Notes under the pieces: generated by a model
The model's database searches: none
What the model was told of the DNA's origin: nothing
The model's input: the letters and a program-made list of their open reading frames with translations, nothing else
Translations under genes and position numbers: made by a program
Source of the DNA: Vicugna vicugna
Taxonomy: Eukaryota
DNA: 64,000 nucleotides
Assembly: GCA_013265495.1 (NCBI GenBank)
Contig: MU061056.1
Coordinates: 1,881,262-1,945,261 of the forward strand
Reading direction: 5' to 3'
Shown here: positions 1 to 12,459 of the stretch, piece after piece
Layout: each line of letters begins with the position of its first letter
Numbering within the stretch: position 1 is the first letter of the stretch

Positions 1-270
1 TTTACATTCCGTAGAATTATTTAATTTGGCCATACATTTTACTATACAATAAATTAGATTTAGATCTTCCACAAAGTCAACCCAAATCCTTTGGAAGGTT
101 TATGCGCTTTACTCTCTACCTTACTCTTACTTCGGGGAGGTGATGGAGAAATTTGGGGGTAGGGGGACATCTTTTTGGTAAGAAACCAGCCATTTCTAAA
201 TGACACTGGTGGGATAAATCAGAACCTGAGCTAATGCTTTGCGGACTGGAGTAACTGGAGTAACAACTGT

Positions 271-870
271 TCCATCAGTCAGTAGCTCTTTATCCAGTAG
301 CCTCCACACCATGCAGGACACTGTGCTAAAAATGGCGGGCAATACAAAGGAGACAAAGAAGCATGAGACATACGTGCTAGTCTGCGTGCATCTCACAGCC
401 CCACGCAGAGCCACGCTGCCCCTGTGGAGCAGATAACTTGACCTGTCGGTGCCTGCTAGGATCCAGAGCAGCTCTAGGATTTGTCTGAGTAGAGCCAAGG
501 AACAGGGCGAGGGCACACTCCCAGACAGCGAAGAGCGTGAGGAGGTAACAGGAAAGGAAGACAGCAGATAGTCTTTTCAAAGGCACGGAGTAGACCGGAG
601 CAGAGAGCTCACGGGGACCGCTGCCTTGTGAGGGGACAGTGAGAAATGAAGCAAGAAAAGAAAATTGGAACCAGATTGTAGAGGGGGCTTAATGCCTGGC
701 CAAGGAATGTGCACTTTGTACTGTTGGTATTGAGCAGCTATTGAAGGATTTTGAGCAAAGGAGTGACATGATGAAAAGGTATCTGGGAAGATGAATCTGA
801 CAGCTGTGTGCGGGAGGACGGGAGGGAGGCGCGTCGGAAGCAGCCGCTGTGGGTGAGCTGCTGTTGAGTG
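271..870 (-). mobile_element. L2 LINE remnant (3' region, antisense)
   Basis: Begins tccatcagtcagtagctctttatccagtagcctccacaccatgcaggacactgtgct, a decayed form of the reverse-complemented L2 tail (ttcattcattcaacaaatatttattgagcacctactatgtgccaggcactgtgct). Continues into purine-rich gaaggattttgagcaaaggagtgacatgat, typical of antisense L2. Matched by eye. Confidence 0.7.
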
Positions 871-1168
871 GCATTTTGGTTTCCTTGGTTCTGGGTTTTG
901 AAAGTAAAGTAATTTTACCACTGTGTCACAAACCCCGCTCATTTTTGCTTAGACATATGACCTCTCTGATGATGTGCTAGTTTTATCCAAAGTGTTCTTT
1001 CTATATAATTAAAATGAATATTCCCTGTCTTGAAAAATTATTTGCCCTTTTCTCCATTCTTCTCTTGATTAATAGGGACAAGCTAACTAAAAACTGCCAA
1101 GGAAATAGCAAAAGAGGAGGAAATAATGAAAACAAGTGGATGTTTTGCTAAGGAAGTGTTTATTACTG

Positions 1169-1420
1169 NNNNNNNNNNNNNNNNNNNNNNNNNNNNNNNN
1201 NNNNNNNNNNNNNNNNNNNNNNNNNNNNNNNNNNNNNNNNNNNNNNNNNNNNNNNNNNNNNNNNNNNNNNNNNNNNNNNNNNNNNNNNNNNNNNNNNNNN
1301 NNNNNNNNNNNNNNNNNNNNNNNNNNNNNNNNNNNNNNNNNNNNNNNNNNNNNNNNNNNNNNNNNNNNNNNNNNNNNNNNNNNNNNNNNNNNNNNNNNNN
1401 NNNNNNNNNNNNNNNNNNNN
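1169..1420. other. Assembly gap (252 N)
   Basis: Run of n in the sequence. Confidence 0.99.
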
Positions 1421-4400
1421 TTAATTGATCAGATGTGCATCTAGACTTGTCTGAACACTATTTGTGTAATATCTGAATAGCCCAACTGACTTACACAAGC
1501 AGAAAAAAAAAAAAAACACCTGTGGAATAAAACATGCATCCTTCGAAGCTTATATTTATAATTTTTTTCCCCTAGACGTTTCCTCCCATATGTCCACTCT
1601 TGAGGAAGAATGATATGCCTTCCCTGAATCTGGTCATACTAAAGAGTAACATGTACCATAAGCCATCTCTAGGTGTTCATAACCAATTTACTGAGGCCAG
1701 TAACAATCTGACTGTTACAGTTACGGGCATTGGCAAACCTCCAGCCTTGCCCACCTCATGTCATTCGGGCCAACTTGGTTCAGAGAACAGTGTGGTACAC
1801 ATTCTACAAGCAAAAGGTGACTTTACAGAGGAAGAATTCTCCCTGTTAATGTTGCCCTACCGCCTGTTAACTACAATTCATCGTTTAAAAGCTGATGCCT
1901 GTGATTGATTCCGGCACGGGGCCATTGTTTAATTTACTTTGGTTTGATTTTTTTTTTCCTTCACCCTCCCAATTGGCTTCTCAAGAGGAGGAAAGTCAGA
2001 CAGTAGTTACTGCTTCGGAAAGCAAAGATAAGCTGAACCCTTTGGAATGCATTTTCTCTAACACTCCTTCACCAAGTGTTGCATGACTGTATCAAATTTC
2101 TTTAGACTTTGATAATGAGAAACAGACAATTCCATAGAAAATACAACCAAGAGATTTGCAGTAATAGAGGATTTCAGATATACACATGGTTCTAAATGGC
2201 ACTAAGATTATGTTCTTTAGAGTTCTGAATCTTTTATTTTTTCCATGTTTGAGTAGGCACTATGGTTGATTATCAGGTTGAGGAAGGGCAGAGGGTCTGG
2301 CTGCTGATTATAAATGTGCATGTGTGTAAAATTTTCACACGTAATATAATATTTCAAAGTTATTTTTATGGAGGCTCAGGGGTCCCAGAACTTAAACAAA
2401 ACTGCTGATCATTGGCTCCAAGAAATACTTAGAAGGAGTCTTTTTTTAAAAAAAAAAAATCATATGGAGTCATTTGCAGACTTTTGGGCCACAGATCACA
2501 TAATGTTTATTTATTCAGCTGGCTTTGGAGATTTAAGCAATATTTGGAGACACACGAGTCTGCCTTGCTTAATAAAATTTATACTCAAAGGTACAGCTAC
2601 AGCATTTTTATATACAGAAGGTTCACACAAGCAGAGGTTGATACTGACAAAAATGTAATTTTGAAATTAAAAAGAAAGAAACTGAACAATCCCAGTAAAA
2701 AAAAAAATTAATCCGACATCGTCTTTCTTAAAAAAAATTTAGCGGATCTTACGTCCCCTGTGCTAGAATACTTGGAAATACATTATTGTATTTCATGAGA
2801 ACACGGTAAAACAGCACTTGCATTATTCTGCTCTGATCGTCTACAACAAACAAGACCTGGTTCACCTTCTAAGAGTAACCATTTAACAGAAGACGTGTAA
2901 TTTTGTTGGTATTATTAGCAGAGATTTATGTCACAGAGTCAACTCATTCTTTTCTATGAAAGTAGGTGAAATAAATATTTCATAGCTACGGCTTTTGAGG
3001 AACATTCCGCCTTTCAATCTTGAGGCAATCTTTCAACATATATGCCAATCAGAAGTCTTTAACAGATGTAAAACGCGTCTTGTCTTCTTGTCTTTGAAAA
3101 ATACACGGATCTCAAGACGCACCTGAAATATTCATTATGTGGACAATATTCTAAGCAGGGCGGGAACTTGCTGAGTGTCTCTGTCACTGCTAATTTATTC
3201 AGGTTTTCCTTTCTTTTTTTCCGCATACCCCTAATACTTCCTAAGTCTAAGACTTGTCAAAAAGTCTTTACTTTATACTATACCGACATGATTAAGTTTA
3301 TCGGTAGCATTTAACATCACAGTTTTATTTGATTAGCTTAACCACAGTTTAATGGAAGAATATATTCTGTACCATGAATCATACCGTTTCTCCTCTCTTT
3401 TTCTTTTCACCTGCCTCTCCCTATCAGTTAAATAAAGCTATGACTTTATTGTGAAATTAGCCTCTCCATGAGTTTCTCTGTTAACGTGTGATTTGTAGAG
3501 AGGAATTTCATTGTCAGTAAGAAGACTAATCTGTGCAGTTTTGCCAGTGTGATGTCTGTATACTTTGCTTTGAGTGTCTATGAAACATGGGCCCACAAAT
3601 TGAACTTGTAACCCACTCTTCTGATCCATGCTCACCTCTTCAATATTGATTTACCTTTGTTTTGGATGAAACCATTACATTTTGTGTTCATGTTTAGGAT
3701 GTTTTTCATAAACATGACACTATTTGATAAGGTGTTTAAAAGTAGAGTTCTTTAAAAGAGTTCCTTAGAGAGAAATCACGTATTTAATTCAGCTTTAAAA
3801 GGAGCAGGGCAATAGCTTTTAATTACACAGACTCCCTCACACACATCCACACACACTTAGACAAATACTAGCCTAGAAATAACCTCATGTAAAAGAGCTT
3901 GAGATCACAGAAGACTACAAACTAATACCATTTGACCTTATGCGACCATATTTCTTATGAAGTCCAATAAAACACAGATTTCCAGTAAATTGTTTCAGTT
4001 TACCAGATGATGCACTAAAAAATATTTTCAGTTTCCCTTTTCTTTTTACCAATACCACTGTTTTTTTCTCACCCTAATCCAAGCCTCTTAAACTTTATAA
4101 ACAGAAATGCCTCCATACAAGAAAAAAAAAACTTGCCGTCAAAAAAGACATCAAAACGAAACATTTTTTCAGGCCCTATGATGTTCCAGGTACTGTAGTA
4201 GATAACTAACTTTTTACGTGTCTTCTAAGTTAAAATGGATTTAAATGGTTGTGTTTTTATTAATTGTTGCTTCATTATGTTGTATATAAAACTGTACTAT
4301 GTTTCTTTTATTATTGTTACTTGATTAAACAACCTTATCCAGTTTGGAACAATAGATCTCTAGTTTCAGAGGAATTAAATACATGACACATCAAATAGAT

Positions 4401-5328
4401 TTATATTGTTTGTAAACCAGTACATCCCATAAGAAGCAGAGATGGTGTCATTTCCCACTGAAGTTATCAGTGGGGATAAGCATGGGAACAAACAAATGAA
4501 AGTGAGCTCAGACGCTGGGAAGAATGTTCATGTGAATAATGTGTTTCAGAAATATGAAAAATGTTGGTAAGTTTCTGATATTTGTATAGAAAACTATACC
4601 ACTCTGTTTAAGGGCTGGTGTGTATACATTCTCACCCAGGTGACTCTTTAAAAACACTACTTTATCCCTAGTTTCATCCTTTAAGAATCTGGAAAGAATG
4701 GAGGTCAGATAAAAATTAACAGTTGAGCGAAATATATTAATTTCACCAATGCAGAGAGGAATGAGGGTGCTTCTGTGACAGTGTTTGTTCCTTTGTTTGA
4801 TTCTTTGTAGCTGAACATTCATACCTCTTCAAAGAACTCTAAGCAATGCATTTTTAACAAAATCGCAATGACTCTGTTACTTTCATGAAGATTTATTAAT
4901 ACTGACTACTAAACAAAAATGTCAAAGACACAGTAAATATCATGCATAAAAAGCATAAAGAAATGCTACATTGGTTTGAGGACAAATAGGAAACATAATT
5001 TACATTCCAAGTAGAAAAAGAATTTCCAGTAATGTTAGGCAAAAACAAATTATGGACAAAAAAAGTGAATGGTTCTCATGATACCTGGATAAGAAGGCAA
5101 AACTGAAACAAATTTGGATTCTCCGTGATGTACAAACAAGGCTGACCCTGGGCAAGACTGTCAAGTAATCGCCTGCCTTTGACGTCCATCCCTTGGGTGC
5201 CCAGCCCCCCGGGCCTTCCTCCTGGACCCAGGCAGCTACGAGTGCCTACCTGGCCGCAGACACAAGAACTGTTGCTTTAGGTCCCTGCTCGTGAAACTTT
5301 TCCTCCCCTGACGTCCTTTCTTTAATGA

Positions 5329-5426
5329 CAGTGGTTCTCAAACCCTTTGGTTATGGTTCACTTCTATATCCCAACCTAATTCTACTTTCCAGAGAAAAAA
5401 AGACCCCCTGGTTTCAGAAAATGCTT
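5329..5426. mobile_element. Short hAT-Charlie-type (MER) MITE remnant
   Basis: Starts cagtggttctcaaac (hAT-Charlie terminal motif) and ends ggtttcagaaaatgct, an imperfect inverted copy. Family not resolved. Confidence 0.45.
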
Positions 5427-5999
5427 GGGGAAGAACAAAATAACAGTCAGTGTGTTACCGGCAATTACACAACAAAACCTAATGGCGAACAGAACATAAA
5501 ATCTAATAGTGATGTTACAAAGACATTAATTCATATTCATTTGTCTGCAACCAAGACCAATTCAAAACAGCAATAATAACCACATGTCTTCTCCCAGACT
5601 GCAGGAATTCTAACAGCTTTCATGTGAATGTGATAGCGGGAGCATTGCAAGGCCCCAGAGCACTGAGTGGCAGTCAGATGTCTTTGTGGAATATGGATTT
5701 AGAGTGTCCGGTTAATTCTGGTAACATGCTAATATTAGTTTATGAATAGTACCTTCTAGCAACTCAGCAAATACTAGTGAGCATCCATTAACCTCTAGAA
5801 ATTGCATGTTATTCAACTGTAAGAGTCAGAGATGAGTTTTCTGTCCATCAGGCTGAACTTGGAAGTTCCTCAAAAGTCCACAGGGTGAGCTTTGAGCAGT
5901 AGGGCCCAGCACAGCTCACTGATAACGAGCTGATAGGGTCTGAGGCTGTTCCCAGGTAGAAATTACATTTTTCTCCCTTGTTCTTTTGGGTGCTAATGA

Positions 6000-6600
6000 C
6001 TATAAAGTTGAAAACCCCAGGCTACCAAAGGGAAAAAAAAAGAGAGCGAGAGAGGGAAAGAAAGAAAAAGAGAGAAAAAGACAGTTGTGTCTCAGTAAGC
6101 CACAGAGATCTGTCTGACCCTGCAAAAAAAATCTTATAATCAGGGCCTTTATTAAGCCACAGACTGGGAGACCAGAGCAGGGAACTGGTTAACAGCAGTG
6201 AGGCAGTGGTCAAGTCAGCCAAGACACAGATCAGAGGTAAATAAAATTGGGGGCGGAGCACAGGCAAGATGAGTTCATATCAGGGGGGATTCGGGGTGGT
6301 GGGTGGTGCCCTTCCAGGTTTGAAGACTGGGATCCAGAGCCCTAAGATTCCAGATGGGGGATCTCCATGTTCAGAGATCCCTTAACTGGAGCTCTCTGTG
6401 ACTACACGGCTCTTACCCACCGAAATCAGTGTTTTCCAGAGGACATCCTCCTTTCCCCAAGACTCCAAAGTGTCCTTGCCACATTAGCAGGCGACATCTC
6501 CCACCTCTCTCCCCTTGCTCTGCAGCGAGTCTGTTCCATGACTCAATTAGGGCTCTGATGACACCTGCTTGTCTGAGCATGTCCAGCCCTCTCTACAAAG
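6000..6600. mobile_element. Possible ancient LTR remnant (unclassified)
   Basis: GC-richer island with a reverse-strand polyA signal (ctttatt, ~6147) and LTR-like composition. No family motif firmly recognised. Confidence 0.25.
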
Positions 6601-9039
6601 CAATTTACAGTGTGTTTTAATGTGAAATCGCTTTTTTTTTGGTCCTGTTATAATTTCCAGTCACATTATTCAACTACTACCAGAGTCTATTAACACACAT
6701 CTTTCACCCTTCTGTGGAGTTTGCAGATAAGAAAATGATTTCATCAAGTTCACCTGAGCGATAAGATAGACGGTTCTGGCCACTGACTAACGATGCTGTT
6801 GGGATCTCTGCATGGAGCGTGGGATTCAGGTCCTCCTAGCTGTCCTAGTTAATTGTTATGCTGTTGAGAAATCTTTCAGGGAGAGGTTTGTTCTGAACCA
6901 TTTAGATGGTCTTTCCAAGGAAGCCAAGGACATATGGGAATGTGGTTACTGGTTACTTTTTTGGCTTCTTTCTTCTTCTCTTTTGTTGTTGATAATGCTG
7001 GTGTTACTGAAAACGGCAAGCAGGCAGGAAGACATAAAATGCATTTTGGGCATGGGCTTCAGACACGCTAGGTTTTCTGATAAAAATTCTAGTCGGGTTG
7101 ACCCTGAGCGCTCTTTATGTTTGATCCTGGACACCCTCACAATATAGCCATCCACAGGCCTCCCCAGAGGATGGTAAAAATGAGGAGTTGAAGCCTTGCT
7201 AAAAAATCACTTTCCTCATTGATAAAATTGGCAGTGACCTTAATCAGCGACTCTCTAAGCTTTTTAGCACTGACAGAAATAACCCTTTTTTCCACTCTGT
7301 CTATTTCATCATACACTTTTCTCCTCTGATCTTCAGATACGATCCGTGTCCCTGGGTTTGTTGAGCTTTAGAAATCTGGTCACTTCACTCTTCTTCCATT
7401 TGTGTTATGATTCTTATCAGAATCCTCCCAAATATATATTTAAGGAGACTTGATTGGAGAAACCTCAAAATGTGGAGAAATATATATCTTTAAGCACAGC
7501 GGTTCATCAGTGTAAGGCCATTTTAGGTGATCAGTCACCACTGTTTATAAACCTGAACGGAATATAAATTGCTCTGTTATATACTATATCCATTTTCTTT
7601 AAATCCCTAGATCTTAGTTATTTTCTAAATATTTGCAAGAAGTATCACATTACTGAAAGCCAAAAATAGTTTTCACAAGAGTGAAGTTAATAGTAAATGA
7701 TTATTTTAATTCATTTGATATTTGGAAGCCATAATCTTGATTGCATGGCTAAACTCAGTAGCACCCTTAAGCAATTACTCTCCATAAATTAACATGCTAT
7801 TTTTCTCTTCGGTAATTTTCAAGAAATCGAGGCTGTTAACTACAAACTATAAAGTAAAAGCTAAATTGTCCGAGTCACAGTAAATCTAGAAGTTTCTAAC
7901 ATGCCGTGATTCACTATTTGGTGATCAGCTGTGTGTCGGTCTAATTCATAATTAGGATGCACTGAACAATCAAGCCAACTTCTCCACTCTTGAGTTACTT
8001 ATCTTGTATAGACACTGCCTTGGGTTGTTTTCTTAGCATAACATTACACTTAATAGAAATCTTATAATTTTGAAAGAATGACAAGTCACTGAAACTACTA
8101 TGTATTTACAATGGATAACCTGAGGAAGGATTTTTTTTTTAATGATTTATTCTAATCTATGACGCCCAGGAAAGTGAAGTCCTGAATCAGTGCATAATAT
8201 TCAAGATCCCTCAGATAGAGAAATTGCTTTTCAGAAAAGAGAACCATAGTTTGCCAGTGACATTAAGTGATATGAAAATGTAAGTAAATAATTAGTATAT
8301 GCTCTGAAAGTATATAGTTATAAGCAGTGAAGGATAGCTTTAATCACTATATCAAGGTTAAACAATTACCATCAACAGGTATTGTGTTTATTTTGATATT
8401 GGCAGGCCTCTTAACTGATAATGCTTTATTATGATGTTAATTAAATAAAAATAACAAGCTGAAAATTTTAATGGCAATCATCATTAATATTAAAATATAT
8501 GTATTGGTATTTCCTAGAGGTTATAGCAACTACGAACAGTAAAATCTCCTTAAAAACATGGTTGGCCAACATCTCTATGTTGTGATGCTGGCCACTAATT
8601 ATAAAGAGCCAGTGTTACCCTTTGGGATAATAAAAGAATCTCAGTGAGAAAGGCAACTGACAGAGGTAACAGAGTGGTACTCCAGGTTACAAAATGTTAT
8701 GTGCAGCGCTGCAGATAAGAATTCCTGTCTCTGAGGAGGGAGCGTGATCTGCAGAGAAAGTATGTTCCTCAGAGTCAATCAACTGGGGCTTAAAATCACC
8801 CTCATAGAGGGCGATTTGCAAAATATTTTATAACTAGTATGTGCACAGTCACAAATGCAAATGGTGGATGTGAAAATTAGTGCTGATGTCCGTGTGTGAT
8901 GGCGGAATATCAGGTCAGCCCCACTGCCCCATACATTTTGTTGTCACCTTCGCATTTAACCAAGTCAGCAAACAGATAACCACTTTTCTATTTGCCCTGA
9001 TTGAATTTCAAAGCATTCCACTCTGGGGCACAGCCTCCT

Positions 9040-9915
9040 CCATAAAACTTCTCACGTGTCTTTCTCCAGACTCTTCAGAGCCTCCTTCCTCCTCTCTGAT
9101 TGCTTCCTTGCTGGCTTCTTCCTTTCCCCTAACTGTACGTGAGTCTGACCCTCTCCCTCCCTCTTTTATCTTTTACACTCTCTCCTTTGGCCATTTCCTT
9201 CAGCTTCATTGCTTTAATGAGCACGTCTCTGAGACTGGAACTGTCTTTTATCTCTGACCCTCGGACCAGGTTGGTTCCTCTGCTACAGATTCCCAAAGAA
9301 ACCTCTGCTTCTCATCACCCATCATTATAATCCTTTGAATTGCTTTGTGCTGATAAACTGGGACCTTCATGAGGGCTGAGATCCCATCTTTCTTACTCAC
9401 TGCTGCACCCCTGGGGCTAGCATAGCGCTGGGAACATGGCAAGTGACGCAAGTTCCGTCCTGCAAGTTCACCTGAATTCCAAATCCTCTGAAAATGGTCT
9501 CTAGTAAAAGTGAAATATTTTCAGCACCCAACCCCCTTTTCCCATTCCGTTCAAAGTTCGGACCTCGGGCATTGGTCCCCCTTGCCTGGATTGCCCTTTC
9601 CATGCATCCTTCCCCGTCCAGCTCCTGCCCAGCACCTTTGAGAACCGTCCTCATCCTTCAGTCTCGCCGGAAGTCCTCCCTCATAAAGCTTTCCCCAGCC
9701 CCCTTGTTGGAAGGAGTCACCTCCTGATTCCCAGAACACTCGATCTGTACCTCTTCCATGGCACTCACCAGTTGAGGATGTCTGTTATACGTATCGACTT
9801 ACCGAATTTCCTTGAGGAAAATGTGATGCACTGTATGTTGCTGATCCCCTGTACCATCTGGTACATGCAAAGATGCTTAGCAATTGCTTGTTATATGAAA
9901 GACTAAGTGAATGTT
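9040..9915 (+). mobile_element. L2 LINE remnant (ORF2 end and 3' tail, sense)
   Basis: Pyrimidine-rich ttttacactctctcctttggccatttccttcagcttcattgcttta resembles the L2 ORF2 end. Ends ctggtacatgcaaagatgcttagcaattgcttgttatatgaaagactaagtgaatg, resembling the L2 tail. Confidence 0.65.
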
Positions 9916-10369
9916 ATTATTTTTTAATTATGTAGCTAAATCCATTATAGTGCAGTGAATACATACCGTTACAGTAAAATAAATGCTTTCTACTCTAGCA
10001 ATTTTTCTGTTTGTACTGTTTTTCCAGGCTTGTACCACAACCAGTACCTTTGCTTGATTACTCTAATGTGCAAACTGCCACAAGATTGGGGGAGAATACA
10101 GCTTTTGGGTGAGTAGCACGTGAATTTTTAAATATGATTGTATTCAAAAAGCTAATGTTTATGCCCGCATTTTGTTTAAAGCCCTGTTTCATAGTTTGGT
10201 TTTTTTTTTTCATATTCTGGTGTGTTTGCTTGGAGATTAGAGGGAACTAATGGAGAAAAGTTTTCAAGAAAATGAGTATTTCTTAGACATTAGCATAAAG
10301 CCTTTCAATTTTAAAGCAGTGCTGAGGTGGGATTCCATGTATTTCTGGGAAGAATTTATATTTCTGTGC

Positions 10370-10660
10370 ACATTTTGTTGAGTATAACATTCAGAAGAGT
10401 GTGCAAGTTTTAAGTGTACAGCTGGATGAATTTTCACAAGTGAGCGCGTACCCGGAATCGGGACCCAGTTAAGAAACAGAGTGTCACTAGTCCCGCTGGA
10501 GATCCCCACCCCTTGCACACCATCTAGTCACCGCCCATCCCCACCGCCACCCCCCACCCGGCCCCACCACTCTCTCCACCCACGCTGGAGTTAATTACAG
10601 CCGTGACTTCTAACCCTGCAAGTTAGTTTCCCCTACTTTCAAGCTGCATGTGAATCGAAG
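10370..10660 (-). mobile_element. Old L1 (L1M) 3' end fragment
   Basis: ttttaagtgtacagctggatgaattttcacaagtg, then a C-rich tract, then ttagtttcccctactttcaagctgcatgtgaat: the antisense L1M 3' UTR pattern. Confidence 0.75.
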
Positions 10661-12303
10661 GGCTATCTTTTTAAATGACTTAAAGACAAAATTGAAAAAG
10701 TGAGCAGGAAAACCAGGTGATTTTCTATTTATGTAGCAGCTGTTTTGCCAGATGACTTGACAGCTAATTGGAGTCATATTGCATTTATTCTTAAACCCAG
10801 CAAATATCACCTGTTTTAACTGAGGGTCACTGCTGATTAAGCACTCTGCTTGGACTTTTCCCTCATATTTGTGCTTAATAAATTATAGCCTGCTGAAGAT
10901 CAGGAAAGGTATTCATCATGTCAAATGCTTGCGGCAACTGTCTTTCGTAATTAGAGCCAAAGATTTTCTTTTAGCAATGACTGATTAAATTGGTAATTAA
11001 CGCAGGGCGAAGATTTTGCATGGTTTCTCAAAGGAACCAAGAAAATAGAGGTACACTTACATCAGCTAAAGGCTTAATAACACATTTGTTAAGGGCTTTA
11101 TTGTATTTAGCATAATAAATGAGAAATGGGATTGCATTTATTTATTTCGAGACAGATAACTGTCTTCCAGTTATCTCTTCTAGAGACAGCCTTACTAAGA
11201 ACCTCCTCTCTCTGTTCATTTTTAGGCATCTTCCTAAGAAATAGCAATTAAGCCCTAACACTTCAAATGCTCTCTTAATGATTCAGATAGTATCTTACTG
11301 ATTGAGATCCTGGAGAGAAAGATATTAGAATTTCCGTTTATCCTAAATTTCCAAAATAATTGTTTCTGCCCAATTCCTTTTATATTATCATTAAATGTTA
11401 TGACTTCTCACCCTACTTTATTTTCATTTTATGGCAACTGGTGCTTTTCTTAATAATCATTTGTGTCCTCCAACTCATCTCTTTATATTTAGTATAATTA
11501 ATGATCTGCAAATCACAGGGTGATATTTTGTTGCATCTTGTCCATTATTGGTTATTCATCTGTTAACCAGGGAAACGCCTTGACTTTGCTCCTAGATTTT
11601 AGGCTACCTTCCCAGTTTAGAGACTGCTAGTCCTGTATACTACATCACCTCAACATGTTCTTGAACTTGGATTCGGTTGTCTTTAATTACGTGAATTTTA
11701 TATGCAAGAAAAACACTTCAAGTAATATTTCCTAATCAAGTTATATTTAAAACTGTTCCGTGGGATTCTGTTTATCTTGAAGAATATGTATGTTTTAAAG
11801 CATTTAGCGAATTGGGAGATAAAAATTGGTATTAAAAGATAGAATTCAACAATGTTCCAACTTTTTAAAATATTGAGATTTACAAAGAAGTTACTTGGAA
11901 CATATTCCATTCAGTTATTAATGTGCATTAAGTGAAAAACAAGGAGTTTTTTTCTGTAGTAAAGACAGAATCACCACCAACTTTCACCCAATAGACAACC
12001 ACTGTTCTGATTTCTATTAACAAGAGTAGCTTTACCTATGCTTGACCTTCATTTAAATGCAGGTCATTAAATGCTGTGTGTGCTTTTTTGCTTCTGGCTT
12101 CTTTCATTCAATATGATGTTTTATTAGTTTCATCCTGTTCTTGACTATAACAGTAATTCATGCTTTTTTTTTTTGAAACTGTTGAATAGTACTCCGTTGA
12201 ATTAATATGCCACTATTTTTTAAAATAATTTTCCCATTGGACATTTGCATTGTTTCCAAGTTTTACGTATGATGAATGAAACTGTAACAAACATTTTTGT
12301 CAA

Positions 12304-12459
12304 GGGGAAGGTATAGCTCGGTGGTAGAACGCATGCTTAGCATGCACAGGGTCCTGAGTTCAATCCCCAGTACCTCTGTTAAAAAATAATAATAATAAAA
12401 TAAAATAAATAAATCTAATTACCTCCCCCCCCCAAAAAATGATTAAAGTGGTAAAACAA
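12304..12459 (+). mobile_element. tRNA-Ala(AGC)-derived SINE, camelid Vic-1 type
   Basis: ggggaaggtatagctcggtggtagaacgcatgcttagcatgcacagggtcctgagttcaatccccagtacctc. A box 12314-12324, B box 12356-12366, AGC anticodon position 12339-12341. A-rich tail and aatctaattacctccccccc motif. TSD aacaaacatttttgt(c/a)aa at 12286-12303 and 12460-12477. Confidence 0.9.

Noticed and set aside
1126-1444. ORFs of 80-125 aa containing X runs (also near 18.8, 32.6, 39.1, 50.0, 55.4 and 57.8 kb)
   Set aside because: Artefacts of N gaps, which contain no stop codons.
1895-2086. Terminal-exon-like frame (EESQTVVTASESKDKLNPLECIFSNTPSPSVA*)
   Set aside because: Weak acceptor, no recognised homologue and no upstream partner exon.
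6812-7147. 111-aa ORF with a hydrophobic stretch
   Set aside because: The hydrophobic run comes from T-rich low-complexity sequence; no family motif or gene structure.
8855-8862. Octamer ATGCAAAT
   Set aside because: It also occurs at ~18449 and ~22267; this count is near chance for AT-rich DNA.
12304-12376. Apparent tRNA-Ala(AGC) gene
   Set aside because: It has an A-rich tail, a TSD, stem mismatches and sits inside an L1, so it is a SINE head.
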